A stretch of 64,000 bases of DNA from Takakia lepidozioides (Eukaryota > Plantae > Bryophyta): NCBI GenBank assembly GCA_030704615.1, contig CM060733.1, positions 8,370,001 through 8,434,000 on the forward strand, given 5' to 3'. This document shows positions 23,932 through 36,222 of this stretch, piece after piece. The position numbers and the translations under genes are program-made. Each line of letters starts with the position of its first letter. Position 1 is the stretch's first letter. Below the pieces are notes generated by a model that was given only the letters and a program-made list of their open reading frames with translations, was not told the origin of the DNA and searched no databases.

Positions 23932-24974
23932 TGTTAGAGGACTGTCTGGGACTTAGACACTTATAAGGGATCTGTAGGGTACCCTTAATTTTTGCACAGA
24001 CTGAGACCAACAGGAGCCTTAGGGGTGACAGCAGCGCACTGTAGAGGGGGGTTACACAGTCCGTCACAGTCCAACACAGCCCGTCACAGTCGTCACAGCC
24101 GACACAGCCAGACACAGTCAGCACAGCTCGTCACAGCCGACACAGCCATCACAGCCAACACAGCCCGTCACAGCCGACACAGCCACACAGCCAGACACAG
24201 TCAGCACAGCTCGTCACAGCCGACACAGCCACACAGCCAGTCACAGCCCGACACAGCCGAACACAGTCGCACAGCCAGTCACAGCCCATCACAGTTTCAC
24301 ACAGCCAGTCACAGCTTGACACAGCTGTCACGATCATAGGGAACGGAGAGCAGGACAGGGAACGACTGTGGGGAACAATACCTGCAAATGGAACATATTA
24401 GTTCACGGACGACGGTTAGTGAGGAAAACGGTTAGAGCCACGGGTAGGAAAATAAAGGGAGAAGCAAGGACTGAGATGAGGGATCAATCTTGGAGGCACT
24501 GGAGGGGGAGGATTTCTTGGTCATGGATGAGAGGGGATCGGGCGGAGAGCAAGAACGAAAGCAAGCATAGAGAGCACGGTGAAGGAAGAGAGATGATTAG
24601 TAAATGCTTGTTATATGCAAAGCGGTAGTGATATTGTAGAGGAGATTAGAGACACAATGGCTTCGGCCTGATACCTGATAAATCATAATATGATACTTAT
24701 ACGATACAATCACACTGTGTAGAGAGATCTGAGTGAAGCTGTGGAATGAATGGATGAGTTGATGAGCAAACCGATACTCAATTATCAATAGTAAGGTAGC
24801 TAGCTAACATGAATGCGGAAAGGAAAACAAATAGGAAACACCCCCATGATACACTAGCTGTAGGTCATGACTGATTGTTCTGAGCGGGCTGAGTACTTAG
24901 AGATTTCCAACTCTTCTATCTTGGAGTTTCCGCCTCGGATAGCGAAGGGATGGGTGAGTAAAAGCTGCGCGACA
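23932..24974 (+). repeat. 5' LTR
   Basis: TGTTAGAGG...GCTGCGCGACA; near identical to 36223-37265. Confidence 0.96.
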
Positions 24975-24992
24975 TTTGGCGACCATACTGGG
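24975..24992 (+). promoter_or_regulatory. Primer-binding site
   Basis: TTTGGCGACCATACTGGG immediately after the LTR; same sequence at 14562. The primer tRNA is not identified (resembles Arg-type PBSs). Confidence 0.8.
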
Positions 24993-25582
24993 GATCTGGG
25001 TCATGAACAACCAGATGTGACAGGCATCTGGTGGGATCATGGTGGATGGAGAATTAAAGAATTTGATGTGAATCAAATTCCTTGTGAAACTGAGAAGGAA
25101 AGATTGTCCAAACGATTCTTCCAGAGGTTTTTGGAATTGCCGGACGGTTGTAAAGAAAACATTCTTAAGAAAGTGCATGATGCTGACCCAGAGTGGGGTC
25201 TGGAGAAAGGAGTGATAAAGATTTATCAGGTGGCCTGTAGAGGAAGAGCACGTTGGTTACCAACATTGGTATATGTGATAGCATTGCTATCCATTAAGCG
25301 AGTAGAGTTTGAAGGCTAGGAGGAAAGAAAAGTGAATGTTTATACTCATATGCATGAAGAGCTTGTACTGGTAAAGAATTGGATTCCAAAGGATATTTTG
25401 TGGATCAAACTCACACCAAGAACAGCTTTTCAGACTTGTTTGACATATGGTTATATGGTAACGGAGACTTCAAGTATAACCAAGGTGCATTGAAGCTTGA
25501 AAGAAACCCAGGCATATACGAGAGATATTACAGAAGAGAGTTTTGGTTATTGCCACATTAAAAGAAATGAAAGACATGGGAC

Positions 25583-28282
25583 ATGAGTGATGAAAGAGAA
25601 GCTAGACGCCAGAGATATTCAGCAAAAAGAGAAAGCTATCTGAAAGCTAATTATCCATATCTTTGGGAGAGAGGAATAGACATAGGGGAATCATCTGGAC
25701 CTCTCACACCATTAAGATCAAAGAGTACATCACCCATACCGGAAGAACTAGAGTTGGATGCCACTCCTTCTTTTTCTTTGCAAGAAAGATTAAGGGAATT
25801 GGTACAGGAAGAAGATCAATCACGAGATGAAAGATCTGGGGTACATCCCTGGATAAAAGATTTGACAGAAATCTTTGATAAGAGTTGGCATGGAACACCA
25901 AAAGCAGGAACTCCAGTTTCTGAAGCGGAAGGTGAAGAAGGAGAAGAGGATGTGGCAGAGCCAACGGAGAGTTCAGACTCTCCAACACCATTACAGTTGA
26001 GTTACATGAGTGAAGAAGAAACCCAAGGGCAGAACTTGGAGGATGAAAACAGAGAGAAGAAATTGGAAGAGGAAGAATATGAAGAAGTAGACCCAACAGC
26101 TGAGGTTGAGACTACAACCAGGACATCCCAACCCGTTGGACCTGGATCAAGTGGAGCACTTGGATCACAGGCCAACGAAGGTGTCGGCTCAGGGGGATCA
26201 GGCGGGCTGCCTGGATCTGGCTCTGGGGGGACAGGGAGTGTGGGAAGTAGTGCAACTGAAGCTGGGAATACTGTGAATATCGTGGGGCCAGAAGCAGGGA
26301 GTGCTCAAGGGCCACCACTTGGTGGAAGATCCACCACAAAAACAACAGGTCCAGAAGGACCAGCACCAGTAAGGGTGCCAGCACCTGTCAGTGGGCAGAA
26401 GGTAGGGCCACAGATGGCGTTACAACCAACACGGGCAAAACCACCCTTTCCAATATATTCAGGAAAAGGGGATCCCGATGTACACATTAGCCAATTTGAG
26501 CACATGTGTATAGTGAACAATGAGAATGGCGATGATGCCAAGATGAGATTGTTTCCTTGTTCACTTATCAAGAAAGCAAGTGAATGGTATGCAAGATTCC
26601 CTGATAATCATTTCCTAACCTGGAATGGCTTGAATACAGCATTTCGAAATAGGTTCAGGACAAGTAAAACTGAAGATGAAGTGTATGGAAGTTTACAACA
26701 GTTAAAGCAAAAGAAGCATGAAACTGTTGAGGATTATATGGAAAAGATGGAATTGATGATGAAAAAGCTGGCTGCAGTACCAGCACCCGGTTTACAGAAG
26801 ATTTGGTTTGTGAGTGGACTAAGACCAGAGTTGCAAAAGAAAGTGGATATGTTACCCCATAATACAGTGGAGGAGGCATTTGAAACTGCAAACAGAATTG
26901 AGCAATTGGGAATGCTCAGGAGAGAGAAAAAGGATGATGAGGACTCTGAGGATAAGTCAGATGAAGAAGAAGAGCAAGAACTAAAAAGAAAGAGTAAGAG
27001 AAAGGAGAAGTTGAAGAGGGATAACTATGAAAAAAGATTGGAAGAAATCTTGAAGAAGTATGCCACAGAGGCTGCAACACATTGGAGAAAGGGTGTATGG
27101 TGTGCAAAGTGCCAGAATGAAGGCCATACCACCACTGAATGCCACATGAAGGAGAAACACTGTACTATCTGTAAAATGGATAACCATTCTACTGAGAATT
27201 GTTACTACAACAGAAGGACAGCTGCAAGAGAACCTAGGCAAGTAAGGGTGCATCAGGTGCAGCCCCAGCCAAGAAGAAACAATGATCAGGACCACTATGG
27301 TAGGTCTGGTGGTTATAACAATGGCATGGAAGGGAGAGGTAATTCAAGAGGAAATTACCAAGGAAATTCCAGAGGCAACTATCAGGGTAATCCAAGGGGG
27401 AATTACCAGCCCGGGAATCAGGATTATAGAAATAATCCAAGAACAGACCAAGGGCGAGGACCCAATGGTGAAGAACTATGTTACTATTGTAATCAGCCAG
27501 GACATCGCAGGGCAGCCTGTTCATTCTGGATAAGACACCAGAATGAGATGAGAGCTCCTGTGAATGAGGGCCCAGTGGTGGCAGCTCACATGGTTAGGCC
27601 ATGTGTTGTACCAGAAGTAAGTACAATGATAGTAACAAGAAGTAAAGCCAAACTAATACCTCCGGTAGTAGAGGAAGAAGATGATAATGAAGGTGGCAAT
27701 GATATGCCTGAAGATGAAGAGACTTGGAAAGATGAGAAGGAACTGCACAAGGAAGTGGCAGATACTATAAGGGAAATGCAGAAGAGTACTGATATTCCTG
27801 TGGCAGATTCCTCTGATTCTGATGGAGAAGAAGAAGGGAGTGAGGAAGAAAGGAAGAAAGAAGATGCAGACATGCAAAGTAATGAAGAGACTTTGCCTGA
27901 AGTAATATGCCAGACCAAAGCAGAAATTACCATTGGACAACTATTAGCTGTGGCACCTTATTGTAGGCACAGGCTGTATCAAGCAATCAATCGAATTGCC
28001 CAGGAGACAGGAAACACAGACCTGAACAGCAAGGTGACCAGTTATAATGTGAAGCCGGAAGGGCGAGAAACAGTCATGGACTTTGATGATTCTATGCCAG
28101 TAATCCAATTGAGAATTGGGAGCACAGAACTAACTGATGTACTGATAGATGGAGGTTCTGGAGTAAATATCATGACAAACCAATTAAGGAAGAAGCTTGG
28201 TCTAAGTAACATGAAACCAGCCCCATTTACAGTAACAATGGCAGATCAAAGAAGTGTACAGCCATTGGGATTGATAAGTTAA
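25583..28282 (+). CDS. Gag with three CCHC knuckles plus aspartic protease
   Basis: Gag core FPCSLIKKASEWY...LQQLKQKKHETVEDY; CAKCQNEGHTTTEC, CTICKMDNHSTENC, CYYCNQPGHRRAAC; protease LIDGGSGVNIM. Confidence 0.92.
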   Translation: MSDEREARRQRYSAKRESYLKANYPYLWERGIDIGESSGPLTPLRSKSTSPIPEELELDATPSFSLQERLRELVQEEDQSRDERSGVHPWIKDLTEIFDKSWHGTPKAGTPVSEAEGEEGEEDVAEPTESSDSPTPLQLSYMSEEETQGQNLEDENREKKLEEEEYEEVDPTAEVETTTRTSQPVGPGSSGALGSQANEGVGSGGSGGLPGSGSGGTGSVGSSATEAGNTVNIVGPEAGSAQGPPLGGRSTTKTTGPEGPAPVRVPAPVSGQKVGPQMALQPTRAKPPFPIYSGKGDPDVHISQFEHMCIVNNENGDDAKMRLFPCSLIKKASEWYARFPDNHFLTWNGLNTAFRNRFRTSKTEDEVYGSLQQLKQKKHETVEDYMEKMELMMKKLAAVPAPGLQKIWFVSGLRPELQKKVDMLPHNTVEEAFETANRIEQLGMLRREKKDDEDSEDKSDEEEEQELKRKSKRKEKLKRDNYEKRLEEILKKYATEAATHWRKGVWCAKCQNEGHTTTECHMKEKHCTICKMDNHSTENCYYNRRTAAREPRQVRVHQVQPQPRRNNDQDHYGRSGGYNNGMEGRGNSRGNYQGNSRGNYQGNPRGNYQPGNQDYRNNPRTDQGRGPNGEELCYYCNQPGHRRAACSFWIRHQNEMRAPVNEGPVVAAHMVRPCVVPEVSTMIVTRSKAKLIPPVVEEEDDNEGGNDMPEDEETWKDEKELHKEVADTIREMQKSTDIPVADSSDSDGEEEGSEEERKKEDADMQSNEETLPEVICQTKAEITIGQLLAVAPYCRHRLYQAINRIAQETGNTDLNSKVTSYNVKPEGRETVMDFDDSMPVIQLRIGSTELTDVLIDGGSGVNIMTNQLRKKLGLSNMKPAPFTVTMADQRSVQPLGLIS

Positions 28283-28298
28283 GATACAGATACAGAAG

Positions 28299-31200
28299 AT
28301 GATCTTTATGATCACAGTAACTGTGTTGAAGATGGATGAAGTCATGGAGGCTTACTCCTTATTATTGGGACGTCCGTGGCTGAAACAGGCCAGGGTATTC
28401 CATGACTGGAATTCTCAGTTACTAACCGTGCATAATGGGATACACGAGATACAAATTACCACAAAGAAATCTAGTAGATTACCTGCTACAAGAAGACCTC
28501 GAGGAGTCAGAGAGTATGACTGGAGAGGAGGACTGGATGAGGAGCAGGAAGCTACCCTATTTGCTGCACACCCAGAGTGGGAGCAGGTTGCAGAGATGCG
28601 GCTGGAAAGCCTAAGTTGTTTAAGAGGTATCTGCTGTGGTGTAGTGACAGCAACACCAACTGAAGAGGAAACCAGCAGTTACTCATCACATTTCTATGAA
28701 GAAAGAGAAGGAGAAATGGAAATCCTAGAGGAACCAGCCACTGTGAGCTTACAGGATGAAGTGGTGACTGGTTGGACAATCACAGCTGATGAGCAAGTGA
28801 GGGAAGTGAATGTGGGAACTAAAGAGGAACCGAGAATGGTGAAAGTAGGAGCTGATTTGGAGCCGGAGTTCTTTGAAGAAACTAAAAGCTTGTTCATCAA
28901 ATACAGAGATGTATTTGCTTGGAGCTATGAGGATTTAAAAGGGATACCACCTGAAGTCTGTCAGCATAAGATTGAACTGGAACCAGGGTCAGTACCAATC
29001 AAGCAGGCAGGTACAGAATGAATCCCAACTACGCACAGAAGGTTGGAGAAGAGATTAAGAAGTTGGCTGAGGCTAAGTTTATATACCCAATAGAGTATAC
29101 AACTTGGTTGTCACCCATTGTTATAGTTCCCAAGAAGAATGGCAAACTAAGAGTATGTGTGAACTACAAGAAGCTGAATGCTTGTACGAAGAAAGATCAC
29201 TTTCCTTCGCCATTCACAGAAGCAGTATTAGACACTGTGGCAGGCCATGAGATGTACTCATTCATGGATGGCTTCAGTGGTTATAATCAAGTGCAAGTGG
29301 CAGAAGAAGACCAAGGGAAAAACAACTTTCATCACAGACTGGGGGCTTATGCATACAAAGTCATGCCCTTTGGACTTTGTAATGCACCAGCGACCTTTCA
29401 GAGAGTGATAAGTGAATCTTTTCATGAGTATCTGGATGATTTCATGCAGGTATTCTTGGATGATTTCAGTGTGTACAGCTCTAAGAATGAGCACTTGCAT
29501 AAATTGGAGTTATGTGGCCAGATGCAGGATGAGAGGTCTGGGCCTGAATCCAGAGAAGTGTACTTTCTGTGTGAACTCAGGGGTGCTTCTGGGACACATT
29601 GTGTGTAAGAAGGGACTTCTTGTGGATCCCAGAAAGACAGAGTCCATTAAAGCCTCTCCACCACCAGTGAATGTTAAAAGTCTAAGGAGATTCCTTGGGC
29701 AAACCAGTTATTACAGAAGATTTGTCAAGAGGTATGCACAAATAGCAGCACCATTGAGCAAGCTTCTGAAGAAAGATGCAGTGTTTGCCTGGACAGCTGA
29801 ATGTCAACAGGCGTTTGAGGAACTTACACTGTCAGTAACAACTACACCTGTGCTGATTAACCCTCACTGGCATGTAGTATTTCATGTTCACTGCGATGCA
29901 TCAGGAGAAGCGTTGGGAGCGGTGTTAGCCCAGAATGTTACAGGAAATATAGATTCACCTGTGTACTATGCTAGCAGGTTGATGAACAGTGCTGAAAGGA
30001 ACTATAGCACAACGGAAAGAGAAGCATTGGCAATGATCTATGCAGTGAAGAAATTCAGGCATTACCTGTTGGGCAAGAAGTTTATGTTCTATGTGGATCA
30101 CCAGGCTCTGATATACCTGGTAAACAAACCTCTGATAAGCGGAAGAATAGCAAGATGGTTGATAATCTTGCACGAGTTTGAGTTCGAGGTTGTTTACAAG
30201 CCTGGGAGACTGCATCTTGTGGCGGATCACTTGTCACGGTTATCAACAGGAGAACCAGCCACAAGAATGGATGATCAATTACCAGATGCGAGTCTCTTTG
30301 CAATGGAGGTGCAGGGAAGTGCAGATGACTGGTTAGATTGGCAGTGGCCAATCAGATACTACCTTGCTCATGGTCAGTGCCCACCTAGTTATGGTAAGGA
30401 GCAGAGGAGGAGAATCGCTATCAAAGCTTTACCTTATACTATGGTAGGAAGCAGAATGTATAAGCTAGGACCTGATGGAGTACTAAAACGATGCTTGTAC
30501 CACCATGAAGTAAATAAAGTTTTGGAGGAAGTTCATAAAGGAGTGGCTGGAGGTCATTTTGGAGAAGAGACTACCAGTAGGAAGATACTACTCACAGGTT
30601 ACTGGTGGCCTACTTTGTTCAAAGATGTACACGAGTATTGTCAGAGTTGTGATGAATGTCAGAGGCTAGGACCTTTGCAGAGATCTGGAAGGATGGCCTT
30701 GCATCCTACAATGCCTACGGAACCATTTCAGAAATGGGGACTAGACTTTGTTGGACCAATTAACCCACCAGCCAAGAATACACGGAACAGGTACATAATT
30801 ACAGCCACTGATTATACTACGAAGTGGGTGGAAGCTAAAGCTTTGAGGGACAACACAGCCAAGTCCACAGCAAGGTTCCTGTACGAGAACATACTTACAC
30901 GATTTGGCTGTCCCTTAGAATTTATCAGTGATCAGGGAAGTCACTTCATGAATGAGACCATTGAGTTGTTGACTAAAGAGTTCATGATTGTGCATAGAAA
31001 GAGTACAACATATTACCCACAGGGTAATGGGCAGGCAGAGGCTACCAACAAAATACTATGTACTATCTTGGCTAAGATAGTCAATGCAAACAGAACGGAT
31101 TGGGATACAAAGCTGCTGACAGCTTTGTGGTCATACAGGACTTCATATAAAGTCACCACTAAGTATACACCATTCCAATTAGTTTATGGTATGGAAGCCT

Positions 31201-31580
31201 TACTTCCAGTGGAATTCCTGTTACCTACCATGAGAACGGAGTGGGGAAAGAGAATGGAATTGCAAGATTCCATTAAGGTCAGGAAACATGAATTATACCA
31301 TGTGGAAGAAGTACGTGCTGATGCAGCTGATAATATGACCAGAATTCAGATGAAGAGAAAGGAACAGTTTGATGAAGGCAAGTTAAAACTTTTAAGACGG
31401 GAGATTTGGTTCTATGGTTGCAGAAAAAGGAAAGATTAAAGCTTCTAAGCTTAAATCACCATGGAAAGGACCTTATGTCATACAAAAGATGTATGATAAC
31501 AACACCGCCATGTTACAAACCATTAACAAAGAAATGCTGGGAAGAGTCAATGCCAATAAGTTGAAGGGGTACAGTGGTAT
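28299..31580 (+). pseudogene. Pol (RT, RNase H, integrase) broken by several small indels
   Basis: LRVCVNYKKLN, FMDGFSGYNQ, MPFGLCNAPATFQR, VFLDDFSVY; HCDAS...RNYSTTEREALA...VDHQAL; H..GHFG...CDECQR, LDFVGP, SDQGSHF, NGQAEATNK, WKGPY. Frameshifts near 28280, 29007, 29316/29343, 29516 and 31380-31415. Confidence 0.92.
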
Positions 31581-31711
31581 CCATGACAAACCATTGCAGC
31601 ATGATTTGCATGTTGAAACGCAAGAGCAGTCACGGGCTGCACCAGTGTTACGAACGGAGTATGGAGCACTTGTCGCTAGGCCGAGCATATATGACCAGGG
31701 CGGGCAAAACA

Positions 31712-31960
31712 AGCGTGACACAGCCTATCACAGCCCATCAAGGCGAAACACAGCCTATCACAGCCCATCACAACGTGACACAGCCTATCACAGCCCATCA
31801 CGACGTGACACAGCCTATCACAGCCCAGCACGGCGCAACACAGCCTATCACAACCTACCACAGCGTGTCACAGCCTATCACAGCTTACCACAGTGCATCA
31901 CAGCCTATCACAGCGTACCACAGTATGACACAGCCTGTCACAGCTCAACACAGCCTACTA
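31712..31960 (+). repeat. 30-bp tandem repeat (about 8 copies) after integrase
   Basis: GTGACACAGCCTATCACAGCCCATCACNAC units; shares the CACAGCC core with the LTR repeats. Confidence 0.9.
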
Positions 31961-32645
31961 GGGTTACACGATCCATAGAATCAGTGACAGGTGGACGCAT
32001 AATAACTTCAGGAAAATGGCTGACGGAAGAAAAGACGGAAACCAGTTTAAAAATAGACACGTGGAAGTCAGGGCGCGACACACAGCTGAGAAGGAAGTGC
32101 AAGAACAGGTGTCATAAAGAAAGAGGACAAGAACGGCCGTCAAAAGGGATGAAAGGCGGGCCCATTAATGAATACGGAAAAGGGGAACGGAACGAACGGC
32201 AAGTACAGAAAAGCGAAATTCTTGTCACATGTGTGATCCTAGTGGACTATCCAGCAGGGAAAGTCCACTAAAGAAAATGAAATCTAAAATCCAGTCACAG
32301 CGGTTACAGCCAATAGAAAGCCAGAGAAAGGATCAAGAAATTGGAGGGAAATTAAGCGCAAGAGGCGGCGTCGTTCTGAGTAACGGGCGTCTCGACGGGA
32401 CAGACCATCAATGCTATAGCTTGGAAACTATGGAGGAACTAACAGACTATACGCTCGCAATATTACTTACGCAGTGGCATAGACACGAAAGAACAGAGCG
32501 GAGCTTTTCTCTTGAGCGATGCTTGCAAGCCCCGCAGGCTTACAAGAAATTACCCATAGCTTTTTGTGGCAACCATACGTTTATGCTTTGTGCACTACAG
32601 GCATTTCTTCAGTTGTTACAGCCAAAACATTTCTGTGGGTCTAAA

Positions 32646-35600
32646 ATGAAGAGAGTGAGAGGAATGGAGGAAATCAGGGTGAAGAGCACCACAATTCTGC
32701 AGAAACAAACGATTGCTACCCCACAGGCGATACAGATACTGAAGGAGCTGAGATTGCAAGGATTGCAAAGCATAGATTGGACATTGCACCATAGACAGTA
32801 CATGTTACAATTCTTGCAGAACTTTGAGCCAAGGACAGGAACAACAACGGTGAAGGGAGTTGAATTAGTAATTACTCCCCTATACCTCCAGCAATTGTTT
32901 CGATTGCCAGCAGGTCAGGTGCATGTGGAGGAACACAGGGCAAGACTGCAAATAGGGGACTTATTCCAAGAAGGGAGTTTCTTTAAAACTCAGGGTTATG
33001 CTTGTACCAAGGCCGTGTACCCAGGGCTAAAGGAGGTAGGCCAGGTATTGAACGTTCTGATTGCCATGAAACAGAACCAACAGTATTTGAGCAGATCCTT
33101 CACGGAGGAAATACTCAAAGCCCTGAAAGGACAAGAGGTAGAATGGGCGGACATAATGTACAACGCACTGGTGGAGGAGATGAAAAGATTACAAGGTACT
33201 ACCGCAAAGTCTCCTATCATAGTGTCTGGCCCAATCATTGCTCAAATAATTCTTGATTCTGGCATACTTGATGCGCAAGAAAGAAAGGAGATGGGAGTGT
33301 TTGAGCCAGAAACCACTGAAGAGCAAGGCTCTTCACACAGTGAGGGTGGACTAGCAGGGCAACCCGAGACTAAGAGGCAGAGACGGGGAAAGACTGTAGT
33401 GGCGGATCCACTGGCTTCACGGATTCCGCATGATAATGTTTCCCAAGCTCATGTGCAGGAAGGGGCACAGCAGCACAGAGAACTGCTATTACTGGAAGCA
33501 GGACCTTCAGAGAGGGAGGAGGAAGTTACTTCAGTATCACAACCATCACAGCCAGCTGATCGGCTTGTCACAAGGTTACAAGTTGTCCATGCAGCTCAAC
33601 CAGAAATAATTGATTTGGAAAAAGAAGGGTTAGATATTCCAACTACAGAACAGATAGTGGCAGAAATTGAGAAGGGGGACCTTCTCTATGAATATTCTGG
33701 TCTGGTCAAGGAGACAGAGATTCCAGAGGTGCAACAGTTGCCCAAGGGAAATCCTGAGGTGCATATAATACACACACCTGTGTCGGAGGTACCACAGGTA
33801 GAATGTCAAGACACTGCAGCACCGGTGATGATGAAGTGGTTCAGGAAGAAAATCCGGTGGGACAATGGCCTGAGTGGTTCGTGAGACATCACACGGTTGA
33901 GGATCAGGAGGAACAGCAGCAACCTCACCATGATGACCCTCAACAGGCAATGCTGATGAGTTCCATAGGCAGGACACTTAATTTGTTGGGGACTTATGTC
34001 AAATCCCATGTTCCAACTACCCAATTGACAGCCTTGAGAGAGGAACTCAGGAAGGAGTTTGAGGCTCGACTAGCCACTGAGTGTGCAAACAAGGTCGATG
34101 AGGAGGTCACTCTCAAGATGCAGCAGGACTTGGAAATACAGAAGCGGCTTTGCAATTGGCCAAGGAACAATTGATTGAGGCAGGCCTCGCGCAAGACCAG
34201 TTGCACGAAGCACATAAGCAACAGCTATACCAAATGCAGGTGAAGCATGAAAGCAAGTTGCAAGAAGTGAATGCACTACATACGGAGTTGCAGACAGTGC
34301 ATGACAGGATGGCCATACAATGTGCTACACTCACAACTATGCTTGACCAATCTACAATAGAAATAAACAGTCAAGCGGAAAAATGTATGAAGGCAGAAGC
34401 AGAGAATGTTGAGCAAATGAAACTCATTGTCGATATGAAGAATACAATCTGTCGCAATGAGGATACTTTCAAGCAATACAGGCAGGTTGAAGCTGACCAA
34501 GAGAGGCACATCCTGGAGTTGCAACAAACGGTCATGGCCAATAGAAATGAAATCTCGGTCAATAACAAGGCTTGGAAGGAAGCCAATAATCTACTTGCTG
34601 CCTATGCGAATTTGGTTGAACCTCATGCGAAGCGCATGGAGGCTTTACAACAGCAGTTAGATGTGTACAAACTAAAGAGAGGAGCACACTCTCAGAGGAA
34701 CCACAAGCAACTTGGTGGATAACCACCTTATGCAGGTCTGGTTAGCACAAGGGCCAGTGGAGGGCAAAGCACCACGAAAGCTCACCCAAAGCGAGATGAA
34801 TGAGCTCAGACTGCAAGTGCAGAACATTGCCACAACTACTATAGACAATGTCTATAGTAGGATAGCAGAGTTACAGGAGGATGTAGACGGACTGCAGACT
34901 CAAGTGGAGGACCTCACTTCAAATATCGACAAGAGAGTCTATATACCTGAGGAACAGCTAATGGCTTCTTATTTACAAGCCAGAACTTTGGCTTTTCAGT
35001 CTTCTTCACAGGAGGTGCAGGAGATGCCAATGATACAAGAGCCAGTGCCACCAACACCACAACAAGTCACTGTGCCAGTAGCTGACCTGTTGTTACTACA
35101 ACCACACCACAGCCACCACAGCCTGAGGTATGGGGCAATGCTGCTTTTAACCCACCTAAAACTCCAGCTGCAAGGGAGTACAGTAGGGCTATGATTATGC
35201 CCTTCAACCAAATTCCCATCATGTTGGATTTGGCTTGGAAAGAATTTAGTCCTCCGCAGTCATTCGCACATTACTACCAAATCATGCGTATTTGCTGCCA
35301 GTGGCAACTAGGACTAAAGTTCTTCCGAACAATCGACATATTGAGGATCATCACTTTGCACAGTACTGGCATGAGGCAGGTACCATGTTGAGGGAATTAA
35401 TTGCCTTCCAAGTTGTACATGGATTCATTTATACCAAGACCAAGGAGGTAGCAAGTATTGTCATGGGATGTGGGTTATACTACGCTGCTTGTTTTCTGGT
35501 ACGTTATCACATTGAGCAGCAAAAGATGCAAGCGCGCTTTCTGAGTTATTCCAGTGGGGATCATTGGGTCTTACCTTCAGTGCCACCTCATATGTACCTA

Positions 35601-36192
35601 TATGAGGCAAAAGTTATGATGCAAAAGGATTCTCAAATTCGTTCATGGTTTCAAGCGGCTGGAACAATTTGTCAACACAGAAATTCGGCATTGATGATAT
35701 TTTCTATAAGGGACATGTGGCATGGAAATACTTGCAAGTCACAAGTCATTGGTACCCCACTCACCTGGACAGACAAGGAGCTCAGTGTCTTCACCAATTT
35801 TGCAGTTCAGCGTTTATACCAAGTTTTAAAATATAAACTTCCAGACATGGTAGGACAACATTGTATGCCCCAGAGGATTCCACCAAAAGTTCGACAATAA
35901 AACACCTGAGAGGCGATGAGGATTCTGATACAACTGTTTCTTCGCGGATTCTTTTGACATGGGAGAAGACTATGCAATTCAGATGGCAGAAAAGAAGCGA
36001 CGGGGGTCTCCTATGCCTGAAAGATTACCTCGATATCAGCCTCCAGAGGGCCTCACTTATCCAGGTAGTGTTCAAAATCTCCGTCAACCAGTGACAGACC
36101 TCGGGCTCGTACACACAGTCCACCACGAAACTCTCAACGTCAGAAATGTGCTCACTCACAAAGGTTTTCTAATCGCAATCAGTAAACCGTGA
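32646..36192 (+). CDS. Large sense-strand extra ORF(s) between pol and the 3' LTR (frameshifted)
   Basis: Overlapping ORFs 32229-33884, 33803-34174, 34150-34722, 34712-35194, 35191-35391, 35292-35900 and 35959-36192 tile about 3.5 kb; ATG at 32646; Q/E-rich heptad-like middle region. Confidence 0.7.
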
Positions 36193-36205
36193 GGACACGG
36201 CTTTT

Positions 36206-36220
36206 GAGAGGGGAAGGGGT
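36206..36220 (+). promoter_or_regulatory. Polypurine tract
   Basis: GAGAGGGGAAGGGGT just before the 3' LTR. Confidence 0.85.
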
Positions 36221-36222
36221 AA

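Noticed and set aside
23992-24339. His/Ser/Thr-rich ORFs in the LTRs
   Set aside because: Translations of the CACAGCC tandem repeats.
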